Both the position numbers and the translations under genes were made by a program. 64,000 bases of DNA from Azolla caroliniana (lineage: Eukaryota > Plantae > Polypodiophyta). The stretch covers positions 21,762,001 to 21,826,000 of the forward strand of contig JBHGNT010000008.1 of NCBI GenBank assembly GCA_043228905.1. The letters are read 5' to 3'. The notes under the pieces were generated by a model that was given only the letters and a program-made list of their open reading frames with translations, was not told the origin of the DNA and made no database searches. This document shows, one piece after another, positions 13,401-24,215 of this stretch; position 1 is the first letter of the stretch, and every line of letters begins with the position of its first letter.

Positions 13401-13866
13401 AAACATCCATAACTTTACACCAAAGCATGAAGGTCGTCGACTATGCTTACATGACATTAGCTACCAAGAGTAGGAGAATGGAAAAACTACCCAAAATAAA
13501 ATAGCAAATGAATGAACACATGTGCAAGAAAACAGCAGAAATTTGATGACTTGCATATCCCACATAGCTAGTAGCTACTGTTGCTATTGATGAAGGGGTT
13601 AGAAATGTGTATGATCGATTTCTCCTACATAGAACCTTGCAATGTAAAGCCCTAAACCCTAAACCCTAAACCTAAACCATTCCGAATGAAATGTTTTGCT
13701 TATTAATGACACCAATGACGAGCTTACAAATTGCTAGAAGAGCACATGGACCGGCATCATTTTGTAAGATGAATAGAACATCTCGGCCGAGAAACTTCAC
13801 ACGTTTCGTCTTGTAAATAACATCAGTCTCCTGACCAGAGCTACCTTCTTTTGGATCCATCAACAT
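10487..13866 (-). CDS. MINDY-family (FAM63/DUF544-like) deubiquitinase homolog; divergent, probable pseudo-enzyme or pseudogene
   Basis: GT-AG exons with compatible phases: 13728-13866 (YKTKRVKFLGR..QNDAGPCALLAI), 13243-13361 (CNVLLLQN), 12548-12654, 12362-12470 (or -12416), 11923-12269, 11698-11758 (RNNQFNTM), 11542-11622 (YLLVTDQ..VWEKL), 11194-11265, 11000-11037, 10845-10893, 10651-10688, 10487-10535. The 3' end is not resolved. Confidence 0.85.
13650..13678. repeat. Short interstitial plant telomere-type repeat (CCCTAAA)n in MINDY intron 1
   Basis: ccctaaaccctaaaccctaaacctaaacc. Confidence 0.8.
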
Positions 13867-14719
13867 GCACCACCTGGTCAGAAAGATTTTATGATCATTG
13901 TTGAAAAGTATGATGTAATAACCTGATGTTACCCATATTTGTTAAGTATGATTTGTCTCATATTCGGCCCCGAAGCTTCGGTCTATGTGCTTTTTGTTTC
14001 TTTTGTATGGATGACATATTTCATGACATGACATGAGGATTGTAATTTTAGTTTACAAGGATATGTGGTAACCTATTGGTCTATCAATACAAGGTCATGG
14101 GTTCAAATCCTTAAAAAGACACCATATATATATATATATTGCTTCTCCTAATTGGCATGTCAAATTAACGACCTCATGATCTCCAAACAGTTTACACAGC
14201 CATTTCCAACTCTATATATGTGTGTGTGGATAATTTTCTTTCTCAATTAGAGAGACGATCAGGAGCCACAAGAAGAAGAACATACCTGAGACAATGAGAT
14301 TGCTGGGAATCGCCTGTTGTTTTGTGAGATGATTTTGCAGAAGAAGAAGAAGAAGGAATGTACAGAAGCAGAGGGTGGAATGAGGCGGAGATGGGTTTTT
14401 CTTTTTATACAGTGAGGAAGCAGGAAGAAGGTAGTTCAGAGCTTCATCCATGGTGGAATTTTCATTCATCTTGACCAAGGAATTCCTCTCCTGCTCTTTC
14501 CTTGCAGAAAGTCTTCCTTTGGTCATGTTTTTGCTTGTGGGGGCTCCTAGCAATTCATATGGTAGGACCCTTTTTTTGGTCCTGGTCAAGCTACGCGGAC
14601 AAAACTTCGCGGACAAAACTACGCGGTCAAGAAAGGACAAAACTTGGCCTCGTGGACCCATCATTTTTACCTCCTGTTGCGCCGCAACCTCTGTGTATGA
14701 ATTTGTCTTCCCTTGGTTC

Positions 14720-14889
14720 TGGGAATCGGCAAAGGTTCGATTTCAGCTTAAACCGATTTGGCCCGAAACGGCTTGGTTCGGCTTGTGCCATCCCAAACTG
14801 GTTCAGGAAGATCAAACTTGAACCGAAACTGAACATCCAACGGTTGAATAGCTCAGTTCAGGCTTGAGCCGAGCCATTGCCTACTCCTA
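14720..14889. mobile_element. Small hAT-like MITE (170 bp)
   Basis: 8-bp TSD cttggttc/cttggttt, degenerate TIRs and AACCG/CGGTT motifs. The empty site is present in the paralogous unit at ~15490. Confidence 0.65.
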
Positions 14890-14986
14890 CTTGGTTTACT
14901 CCGAATCGATCACAAAAGTGGCAATTCATGTGACGGTTTTTTTTTTGCTCTTGGTCAACCTACGCGGACAACTTGCCTCGTGGGTC

Positions 14987-15434
14987 TAACAATCGGCAAT
15001 GGTTCGGTTTGAACCGAACCGCGAAACCACGGTTTAACGGCTTAACGGTTCGGTTTCGGTTTGATTTTAACAGTAAAAAACCGCGGTTTATACGGTTTAA
15101 CGGTTAAAAAATTTTAAAAATTGTTTTTAAACAATCTTTTTATTTTTACACCTTATTCTCACATTTTAGGAACATCTTAAAAATTTTAAAAATTTTAAAA
15201 AATGAAATATTATAAATTTTAAAAAATTAAAAATTTGACCTATGTTGAAAACCGAAACCGAACCACGAAACCACGGTTTTTACGGTTTAATGGTTTAACG
15301 GTTTGAAAACTAATTAACAGTTCGGTTTAACAGTTTCGTGGTTTGGTTCAGGTTTCAAATAATTTAAACGGTTCGGTTCCAAACTGGTTCAGTTTGGACC
15401 CTCTCAAACCGAACCGAACCGTTGCCGATTGTTA
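14987..15434. mobile_element. hAT-like MITE (448 bp), family A copy 1
   Basis: TIR taacaatcggcaa/ttgccgattgtta, 8-bp TSD cgtgggtc/ggtgggtc and many AACCG repeats. A second copy lies at 60945-61411. Confidence 0.85.
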
Positions 15435-18400
15435 GGTGGGTCCATCGTTTTACCTCATGTTGCGCAACAATCTCTACGAATTTGTCTTTCCTTGGTTTGC
15501 CCCGAATTGATCACAAAAAGCCCTTGAATCAGTCACAATTTGCACATAGACCCCACTGTTGCCCCCCTTTCGAGTCAAAAACACTAATCCTTGATTTATC
15601 GTTCAATCACTATTCATTGACATTGACTCCGATTCAATTATTGCTTTATTATTGAATCGTTACTCAGTGACGTCTTGTTATTGAAATCATTCAACCCTTT
15701 CTCTTGTGTTAACTTATTGCAAACCCACGATGAATGGTGTTGTAGCTTTGACCAACGTAAAAAGCTCGAAGAATCCATCGAGTATGAAGTAGCGTTTTCA
15801 GGAGGCCTTGAATTAGTTACGTAAAGTAGTGCTTTGGGAATGTATGTTGGACATACACATTTGTGTACTTGTCATGAATGTGATAAATTAATGAATTGCC
15901 ACTTTTGTGATCGATTGCCACTTAATGATATAATAATTATGAGGGAAATACCATTAAGTACATGCCACATTTGTGTACTTATAAGTGCTCATTATCTCCT
16001 ATTTGTTAGCTATTATCACGAAGAATCCAATGAATATGAAGTAGTTAACTAAAGTAATATTTTGGGAATGTAAGTTAGACATACACATTCATTCACCCCA
16101 CCATCTCACCTTAGAATGCGTGATTAACACATGGAGGCCATGATGAACCACTCAATGCACAACAAACAAGTGTGATGTATGCTATTTGACTTTTTGTTAG
16201 TCAATGTCAACCCTTATTAAGAACCTACCATATGATACAAACTCTTAAATGCACCAAAAAGAAGCCCAAAATCCAAATTTGGTCAAATATTGTGCTGCCA
16301 ACATCTGATAGTCCAAACGACATGCGTTTAAACTGGAACAATCCATGTTGTGTTCGAAATGCTGTCTTGTTTTTGTCTTCTTCACGTAGGGGGAGTCCAA
16401 AAGCCAGGTCCAAGGATGTGAAATATTTGGAGTGTCCTAATTGATTGAGTAATTCGTCAATCCTAGGGAGTGGGTATCTGTCATGCTTTGTCACCTTATT
16501 TAACTGTCTAAAATCGGTGCAAAACCGGAATGATCCAGCTTCCTTGCGAACTAAATGGAGTTCATACACCCACTCACTGGTCGATGGCTCAATAATATCT
16601 TTTTCCAACATATCTTTGACTGTTGTGGCAATCCTTTGGTGGTCAAGAGGGGTCGCCTTCGAGTTGCCATCCGAACTAGAGGAGTGTCGACTGTTGGAAT
16701 GGCATGTTGAACTGGTAGATTTACATGTGCTGTTTTTTGAGTTTTGCGGAAAATTGATGGAAAAGACTTTAGTGTCGGAGATTTTCTAGACGCGACTATG
16801 ATGGTTCGACATGGATCTATGTATGGATGATGTGTGTACTAACATGCGGTGCGCTAAGTAAGGGGATCATGGTGAATAGTTTATTATGAGGTAGCACTAA
16901 CCTTTGTGTGTCAAAATGCAGTTGAGCGCCATGCTTTACAAACCAATCACATCCTAATGTTAAAGAGAAAAGTTGTTTCAAAATAAATGTATGAATGTGC
17001 AATGTGCATGTGTTGATGACTGATAAATCTTTTGTTTATCTCCAAAAATGACATTAATAGGAGGTGCACTAGATGTTGGTAAATGCAATAAATTTACTAA
17101 CTCTAAACTAATTGATGAAATTGTACTTCCTGAATCTAATAATGCTTCATAGGGTTGGTTATGAATGTGTGCCATCATGGAACAGACAATGCGATTGGAA
17201 GAGGTAGCGGCTTGAAAATGTGGTAGTTGCTCTTCCTTCAACATCCCGCGTTGTCGTTTCCCAGTACCTCTTCGAGTGAAGTTGAATCTGCTAGATGTAT
17301 TTGCGCGTTCTGGTGATGCTTTGATGCTGCAAATTTTATGCAATGCTTCTTCATGTGACCGTACAAGTTGTTGGCATAAAAGGCCAACTCCTTCCAAGTT
17401 GTATCCGTCCGAGTGTGAACTCGTTAATAAGTTAGGGCTTATACCTAACAGAGTGATGAATGATGAGTGACGAGTGATGAGTGACAAAGAGACGAAGCCT
17501 TTGTGTATTGTATCTCGATGACGAGCAGAGTATTGTATCTCTGAGAAAGAACGAAGTAATAAGAAGCTTTCCATTAAAGCTCCATCTGTGTAAGTCTCCA
17601 CACCTATCCTATTTTCGGTATGTGTTGTTTGTTGTCCTGTACCTACTACAAATCCATACACATTTCCGCACATAGCACTCATATCCACAATTGGTATCAG
17701 AGCCGAATCTTTGCTATTCAGCGGCAACAGACAACAGGAGAAGCTGAAAGAAAAGACCAGGTCAGAAATCTCAAGTTCACAAACAGAATATGGCTTCAAC
17801 ATCCGGAACAGGAGTTGAAATAAAAAAATTCGACGACAAAAACTTTGCCTTGTGGAAGGAGATGATGCAGGATGTGCTGATCATTCGAAGACAGGTCGAA
17901 GCCATTCGGCACAGCGAAAAACCTGCTTCAATGACAACCGAGGAGTGGAGATCAACGGACGAAATCGCACACTCCACCATCCGAATGCATCTGGCCGAAA
18001 ACGTCTATTTCAGCATGGCGAAAGAGACGACAACGTTCTCATTGTGGGAGAAGCTACATGTTGTCTATGAGAAGAAGTCCTCATCTTCGAAATTGATCTC
18101 GATCAAACAATTGTTCAACATGAAGGTGAAAGAGACTGATCCGGCAACCTCCCACATCAACACCTTCACCCGGGTGTTATCAGCGCTCTCGTCACAAGGG
18201 ATCAACTTCAAAGAAGAAGTGAAAGCCCTTGCCCTCCTATCGAGCTTGCCGACGATTTGGGAGGTATTCTGTACGACTTACGCCAATAGCCGAGCGATCC
18301 TAAATCTGGACGAAACAACCGGCCAAGTCCTCACAGACGAAAATCGATGGAACTAACCATTGATGAGTTGGCAGAAGCCCATCACTCGACCAGGTTGAAT

Positions 18401-18778
18401 GAAAGAACAAGTCGACAGAACCGGTTGACGCCACAGCCGATCGAAAACAAGGGGAGACCGACAGCGGTCGAAGTCGAAAACGGGCCGATCAAGGGAATTT
18501 TGCACACACTGCAGAAAAGTTGGCCACGATGTTTCCGACTGCTGGTCGATCAAGAGGAAAGAGAGTGGTCGGCGATCCGAACGGAATTGGGGACGTTCTA
18601 ACTCGGACCACTCTCCAGGCGGCAACCAGATCAATGTTGCGGACACCCAACCCAAAGAAATCCTCTCCCTAGAGGATTTGATGATCGGAGAAGTCCTCTA
18701 CAGTGCACAAGTTGCACACACGTGGCTACTAGACTCTAGTGCTACATTTCACGTGACCCCCAATGTTGAATGGTTTTC

Positions 18779-21700
18779 TGTCGGAATTCCGTGCTCGGCC
18801 ACAACCGAGGAACTGGATCGATTCACAGAAAACGGGAAATACAACAATGCACGAAAAACAATAGAGAGAAGGGTACACTGGATGTTTTACGTGGAAAACC
18901 CTAAATGGGAAAAACCACGGGAGTGCAAGACTCCAACTATCACTATACGCAGGAATGTACAATGGCGAGCTGCAAGGCGACGACCTTGAGCTCACTGTCC
19001 TCGCCACAGGCGGCGGTATTACACAGAGGCGTCGACCTCTTCCTTCCTCTTCCTCTCTCACTCTCTCTCTCGGCTGCTCTCACTTCGCTCCCTCTTAGTG
19101 GAAAACAGAAAAATGAGCAACAACATTTAAACTGTTTGCCCTAAGTCATATTTATACACATATGACTTTCGGGCTATTTACAAATATAGCCTCAAGGGCT
19201 CTTAGCAAACATATTCACAAATATGTCCCCGCATCCGGATCTCTCTCCGGGTACATTCGTCATCTGGCTCCGTAGCCGGGGTCTTCATCATCCAGCTCCG
19301 TAGCCGGGGTCTTCATCATCCGGATCCGTATCCGGGTACTCTTCATCCGGCTTCATGCCGGGTACTCTTCATCATCCGGTTCCGTAACCGCAACCGGGCT
19401 TGCCGTCATTTATCTCCGGGGACATCCCATCCGGAGGGACCGAAATCCCAACAAAATCCCCCTTCACTTCGGCATGTGATGTCTCTCCAATCCAATCCTC
19501 TTCCGGCATGCTTCCAGCTTGTCGGGTGTGAGCACCTTGGTCAGCATATCCGACCCGTTCTCGTCCGTGTGGATCTTCGTCAGCACGAACTCCTTGTCTT
19601 CTATCCTTTCCCGGATCCAGTGGTATCTACGTTGGATGTGTTTCGTCCGGGAATGGTAGGCCGCGTTCTTTGCAAGGTGAATGGCACTCTGACTATCGCA
19701 GTAGAGTCGGTACTCCTCCTGCCGGATACCGAGCTCTCTAACGAAGTCCTTCATCCATATTATTTCCTTGCCGGCTTCAACAGCCGCCATGTACTCCGCC
19801 TCCGTGGTTGACAACGCAACCGTCTTCTGCAACCTCGACTGCCACGAAACGGCTCCCCCTGCATATGTCATTACATACCCTGATGTAGACCGGCTGGTAT
19901 CCGCATCAGCCGACATGTCTGAATCGGTAAATCCATCGAGTTCGGGCTTACCGGAGCCGAATCGGAGGCACATGTTCGAAGTGCCCTTTAAGTATCGGAG
20001 TATCCATTTGACCGCATTCCAGTGCTCCTTGCCGGGATTGCTCATGTACCGGCTCACCACTCCGACTGCATATCCTATGTCCGGTCTCGTACACACCATG
20101 GCGTACATCAAGCTCCCGACGGCTGAGGTATACGGCACTTTCATCATATCCTCCTTTTCAGCCTTTGTCTTGGGACTTTGCTTGCTGGACAGCTTGCAGT
20201 TTGCCGGGAGGGTCGATCCGACCGGTCTTGCTTCCGACATGTTGAACCGGTGAAGCACCTTCGTCACGTACTTCTCCTGTGACAGCCACAACTGCTTCTT
20301 CTTCCGGTCCCGGATGATGTGCATCCCTAGTATTTGCCTCGCCGGACCCAGGTCCTTCATTGAGAAGGTTCGGTGAAGAGCCTTCTTCAGCATCCGTATC
20401 TTGACCTGGTCCCGTCCGACGATCAACATGTCGTCCACGTACAGGAGGAGTATTAGAAAGTCTCCTCCTTCAAACTTCTTCACAAACACGCAGTGGTCGA
20501 ACTGCGTTTTGAGATACCCTTCGTCGGTCATGAAGGAGTCGAACTTCCGGTACCATTGCCGGGGAGCCTGCTTCAGTCCGTAAAGGCTCTTCTTCAACCG
20601 GCATACCAGGTGCTCCTTCCCTTTCTTCTCGAATCCTTCCGGTTGCTGCATGTAGATCTCTTCTTCGAGGTCACCGTGAAGGAATGCCGTCTTCACGTCC
20701 ATCTGTTCTACCTCGAGGTCCATGCTTGCCGCTATGCTCAGCACCGTCCGGATGGAGGTCATCTTCACTACCGGGGCAAATATCTCGTCGAAGTCGACGC
20801 CCTTCTTCTGCTGAAACCCCTTCACCACGATCCTGGCTTTGTATCTCGGGGGGTTTCCGGCATCTCCCGGTTTCAGCTTGAACACCCACTTGTTACGGAG
20901 TGCCCGTTTTCCTTTCGGCAGCTCCACAAGTTCATATGTGTGGTTCTCATGCAGGGAATCCATCTCCTCCTGCATGGCACTTAACCACCTGCGGCTATGG
21001 GTGTCATGCTTCGCTTCTTCAAAGCTTTCCGGCTCCCCTTCGTCGGTTAGCAGCACGTGCTTTGGTTCCGGAAATCTCCGGGGGGCCCTTCTCTCTCTTA
21101 GAGGATATCTCCTTTCCGGAGCTTCGGTAACCGGTTCTTCCGATTCTTCTTCATCCGAATCCATTTCGGGATCGGGGCCGGTTCCGGTATTATTTTCATC
21201 TTCTTCGGCCGGTTCTGTTTCTTCACCGTCTTCGGCCGGATCCTCGAGTGCTAACCGGTCCCTTGCCGGTCGGGACTGCTCCTCGTAGAGTTGATCCTCA
21301 CCGGTCGACTTGGAGCTCTTCATCTTCTTCTCCGACTCCCAGTCGGCGAGTGTCTTGTCCTCCATGAAGATGATATCTCGACTCCTGAATATCTTCTTGT
21401 CGACCGGATCCCATACTCGGTAGCCGAACTCGTCGTCGCCGTAACCGAGGAATATGCATGGCCGGGTCTTTGGATCTAGCTTTCCTCTCCGGTCCTTTGC
21501 CACATGCACGTATGCGAGACACCCGAACACCTTCAGATGCCGGTAGGACACTTCCTTACCGGTCCACACTTTCTGCGGCGTGTCTCCGTCCAACGGTACT
21601 GAGGGTGATCTGTTTATCACGTATGTCGCCGTCGACATTGCCTCAGCCCAAAACCCCTTGGGTAATTTCGCATGCGCCAGCATACTCCGGACCCTCTCCA

Positions 21701-24215
21701 TTATGGTCCGGTTCATCCTCTCGGCCAGCCCGTTTAGTTCCGGCGTCTTCGGCACAGTAAACTCGAGCCGGATTCCCTTCGAGCGACAGTACTCCTGAAA
21801 CTGCCCCCGGTATTCCCCTCCGTTATCCGCTCGTATCGCTTTCAGCTTCTTGCCGGATTCCCTTTCCACTCTCGCGTGGAGTTCTTTGAAGACGCACAAC
21901 ACTTGGTCCTTTGTCTTCAACGGTGCCGTCCACAGCTTCCGGCTGTGATCATCAATGAAAGTCACGAAGTACTGGGCTCCGCCATGTGACTTCGTTTCTA
22001 CCTGACACACATCAGTGTGCACCAACTCCAATGGTGCGCCACGTCTCGTCGGTGGCCTTGAGTGGAAGGAGGTTCGGTTCTGCTTACCGGCCAGGCAATC
22101 GGTGCACTTCTCCAGGTGCACATGCTTCACTGGAATAAGGTTGTCTTCTGCAAGCCTCTTCATCCCCTTCTCACTCATGTGGCACAGTCTCTTGTGCCAC
22201 AGCTCACCGGCAGTGTCGGCTGCCACGTTCAACTCTTCCGGACACAACCGGGCATTCATCAGGTACAGTGTGTTGTCTTTCCGGGCCCGAGCCACTATCA
22301 GGCTCCCCTTGCTGAACTTCATTACGCCGTTCCGGATGCTACCTGTGTAGCCTTCATCGTCTAGCCTCCCGGCCGAAATCAGGTTCAATCGAACCTCCGG
22401 AACGTGTCGGACATCCTTCAACAGCATTTTGCATCCGGTCGGGGTTGTCAACCATACGTCTCCTATGCCGGCAATCCGGCACGTACCTTCATTTCCCATC
22501 CGAACGCAGCCATGTTCACCGGCTGTGTAGGATGAGAAGTATCTACTTTCCGGGGTCAGGTGGAACGACGCTCCGGAATCGACCACCCAGGTAGTCTCAT
22601 CGCCGGCAATGTTTAGTTCACCTTCTTCGGTGATGAGCATGATCTCCTCTTCACTTGCCGCGAGTGCCGTCGTTCCTTTCCGGTCCTGCCCTCGCCGATC
22701 CGGACCTCTCCGGTCCGTGGCTCCCCGGTATGCACCGTTTCTCTCCGGTGACTTCTTCGAATCGGTGTCGTCGGCTCGGTTGTCTTTTCGGTAATGCCGA
22801 CAATTCTTCCGGAAGTGCCCCGGCTTCCCACAGTGGAAGCATGTGGGTCTTCCTCTTGACTGCGACCGGGTCCCCGACTTCTCCCGTCTTTGCGGACTCC
22901 GGTTCCATTGTCTTCCCCGTTCCGATTCGGTAAGCAGCGCCTTCGAGTCGGAGGCCGGTTCTTTATCTCTCCGACGCGCTTCTTCGTTCAAAATACTTGT
23001 CTTTACCGTTTGTAGGGACAAGTTATCTTCGGTGCAGGAGGTGCTGAGAGTCACCACCAAGTTCTCCCAGCTGTCCGGCAATGTACACATCAGGATGATG
23101 GCTTGCATTGCATCCTCCAATGGGAACTTGATCGCCGCAAGCTGGTTCACGAATCCCATGAACGTGCTTACGTGTTCCACCATACTCTCGCCGTCCCGGT
23201 ACTTGAGGTTCACTATCTTTCTCATCAGGGAGGTCCGGTTCAACGCATTCTTCCTCTCGTAGAGGCCCGACAGCTTCCTCCACATCTCATATGCGTTGGT
23301 GTCGTTCGCCACGTGTTGTAGAACACTCACGTCGACGTATTGCCGAATGGTTGCAACGGCTTTCCGGTTCAGAAGCCTCCACTCCGTCTCAAGTACCCCC
23401 TTGGGTATTTCCGACCTGTCGATCGGTTCATACAGGTCCCGAACAATGAGCAGATCCTCCATCTTTATCTTCCAGTCGGCGTAGTTCTGCGCATTCAGCA
23501 CCATCATCCCCGGCTGTCCGCTGCTGCCGCCTTCCATTTTCTGTGTTACCGTCGCTCTGATACCACTTTGTCGGAATTCCGTGCTCGGCCACAACCGAGG
23601 AACTGGATCGATTCACAGAAAACGGGAAATACAACAATGCACGAAAAACAATAGAGAGAAGGGTACACTGGATGTTTTACGTGGAAAACCCTAAATGGGA
23701 AAAACCACGGGAGTGCAAGACTCCAACTATCACTATACGCAGGAATGTACAATGGCGAGCTGCAAGGCGACGACCTTGAGCTCACTGTCCTCGCCACAGG
23801 CGGCGGTATTACACAGAGGCGTCGACCTCTTCCTTCCTCTTCCTCTCTCACTCTCTCTCTCGGCTGCTCTCACTTCGCTCCCTCTTAGTGGAAAACAGAA
23901 AAATGAGCAACAACATTTAAACTGTTTGCCCTAAGTCATATTTATACACATATGACTTTCGGGCTATTTACAAATATAGCCTCAAGGGCTCTTAGCAAAC
24001 ATATTCACAAATATGTCCCCGCATCCGGATCTCTCTCCGGGTACATTCGTCATCTGGCTCCGTAGCCGGGGTCTTCATCATCCGGATCCGTATCCGGGTA
24101 CTCTTCATCCGGCTTCATGCCGGGTACTCTTCATCATCCGGTTCCGTAACCGCAACCGGGCTTGCCGTCATTTATCTCCGGGGACATCCCATCCGGAGGG
24201 ACCGAAATCCCAACA
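18779..24215 (-). mobile_element. Intact full-length Ty1/Copia LTR retrotransposon (Tnt1/Tto1-like)
   Basis: LTRs 23569-24215 (5') and 18779-19453 (3'), both TG...CA. Perfect TSD TTTTC, PBS Met-i 23553-23565, PPT 19454-19463 and a single uninterrupted polyprotein ORF. Confidence 0.97.
19464..23537 (-). CDS. Copia gag-pol polyprotein (gag, CCHC knuckle, protease, integrase, RT, RNase H)
   Basis: CFHCGKPGHFRKNC; WVVDSGASFH; WHKRLCH..CTDC; LVHTDV..DNGGEY..NGLAERMNRT; GYGDDEFGYRVWDP; LLLYVDDML; FTDSD..RTKHI. The likely start is the ATG at 23537, the first after the PBS. Confidence 0.95.
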   Translation of the reverse strand: MEGGSSGQPGMMVLNAQNYADWKIKMEDLLIVRDLYEPIDRSEIPKGVLETEWRLLNRKAVATIRQYVDVSVLQHVANDTNAYEMWRKLSGLYERKNALNRTSLMRKIVNLKYRDGESMVEHVSTFMGFVNQLAAIKFPLEDAMQAIILMCTLPDSWENLVVTLSTSCTEDNLSLQTVKTSILNEEARRRDKEPASDSKALLTESERGRQWNRSPQRREKSGTRSQSRGRPTCFHCGKPGHFRKNCRHYRKDNRADDTDSKKSPERNGAYRGATDRRGPDRRGQDRKGTTALAASEEEIMLITEEGELNIAGDETTWVVDSGASFHLTPESRYFSSYTAGEHGCVRMGNEGTCRIAGIGDVWLTTPTGCKMLLKDVRHVPEVRLNLISAGRLDDEGYTGSIRNGVMKFSKGSLIVARARKDNTLYLMNARLCPEELNVAADTAGELWHKRLCHMSEKGMKRLAEDNLIPVKHVHLEKCTDCLAGKQNRTSFHSRPPTRRGAPLELVHTDVCQVETKSHGGAQYFVTFIDDHSRKLWTAPLKTKDQVLCVFKELHARVERESGKKLKAIRADNGGEYRGQFQEYCRSKGIRLEFTVPKTPELNGLAERMNRTIMERVRSMLAHAKLPKGFWAEAMSTATYVINRSPSVPLDGDTPQKVWTGKEVSYRHLKVFGCLAYVHVAKDRRGKLDPKTRPCIFLGYGDDEFGYRVWDPVDKKIFRSRDIIFMEDKTLADWESEKKMKSSKSTGEDQLYEEQSRPARDRLALEDPAEDGEETEPAEEDENNTGTGPDPEMDSDEEESEEPVTEAPERRYPLRERRAPRRFPEPKHVLLTDEGEPESFEEAKHDTHSRRWLSAMQEEMDSLHENHTYELVELPKGKRALRNKWVFKLKPGDAGNPPRYKARIVVKGFQQKKGVDFDEIFAPVVKMTSIRTVLSIAASMDLEVEQMDVKTAFLHGDLEEEIYMQQPEGFEKKGKEHLVCRLKKSLYGLKQAPRQWYRKFDSFMTDEGYLKTQFDHCVFVKKFEGGDFLILLLYVDDMLIVGRDQVKIRMLKKALHRTFSMKDLGPARQILGMHIIRDRKKKQLWLSQEKYVTKVLHRFNMSEARPVGSTLPANCKLSSKQSPKTKAEKEDMMKVPYTSAVGSLMYAMVCTRPDIGYAVGVVSRYMSNPGKEHWNAVKWILRYLKGTSNMCLRFGSGKPELDGFTDSDMSADADTSRSTSGYVMTYAGGAVSWQSRLQKTVALSTTEAEYMAAVEAGKEIIWMKDFVRELGIRQEEYRLYCDSQSAIHLAKNAAYHSRTKHIQRRYHWIRERIEDKEFVLTKIHTDENGSDMLTKVLTPDKLEACRKRIGLERHHMPK

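Noticed and set aside
16978-17802. 274-aa ORF as a gene
   Set aside because: Chimeric read-through of antisense Copia LTR/leader into the Gypsy protease remnant.
23538-23594. N-terminal extension of the 1376-aa ORF call
   Set aside because: It starts inside the LTR and crosses the PBS. The ATG at 23537 is the plausible start.
19476-23654. Numerous antisense and alternate-frame ORFs over the intact Copia
   Set aside because: Shadow ORFs expected in GC-rich coding DNA; no recognisable motifs.
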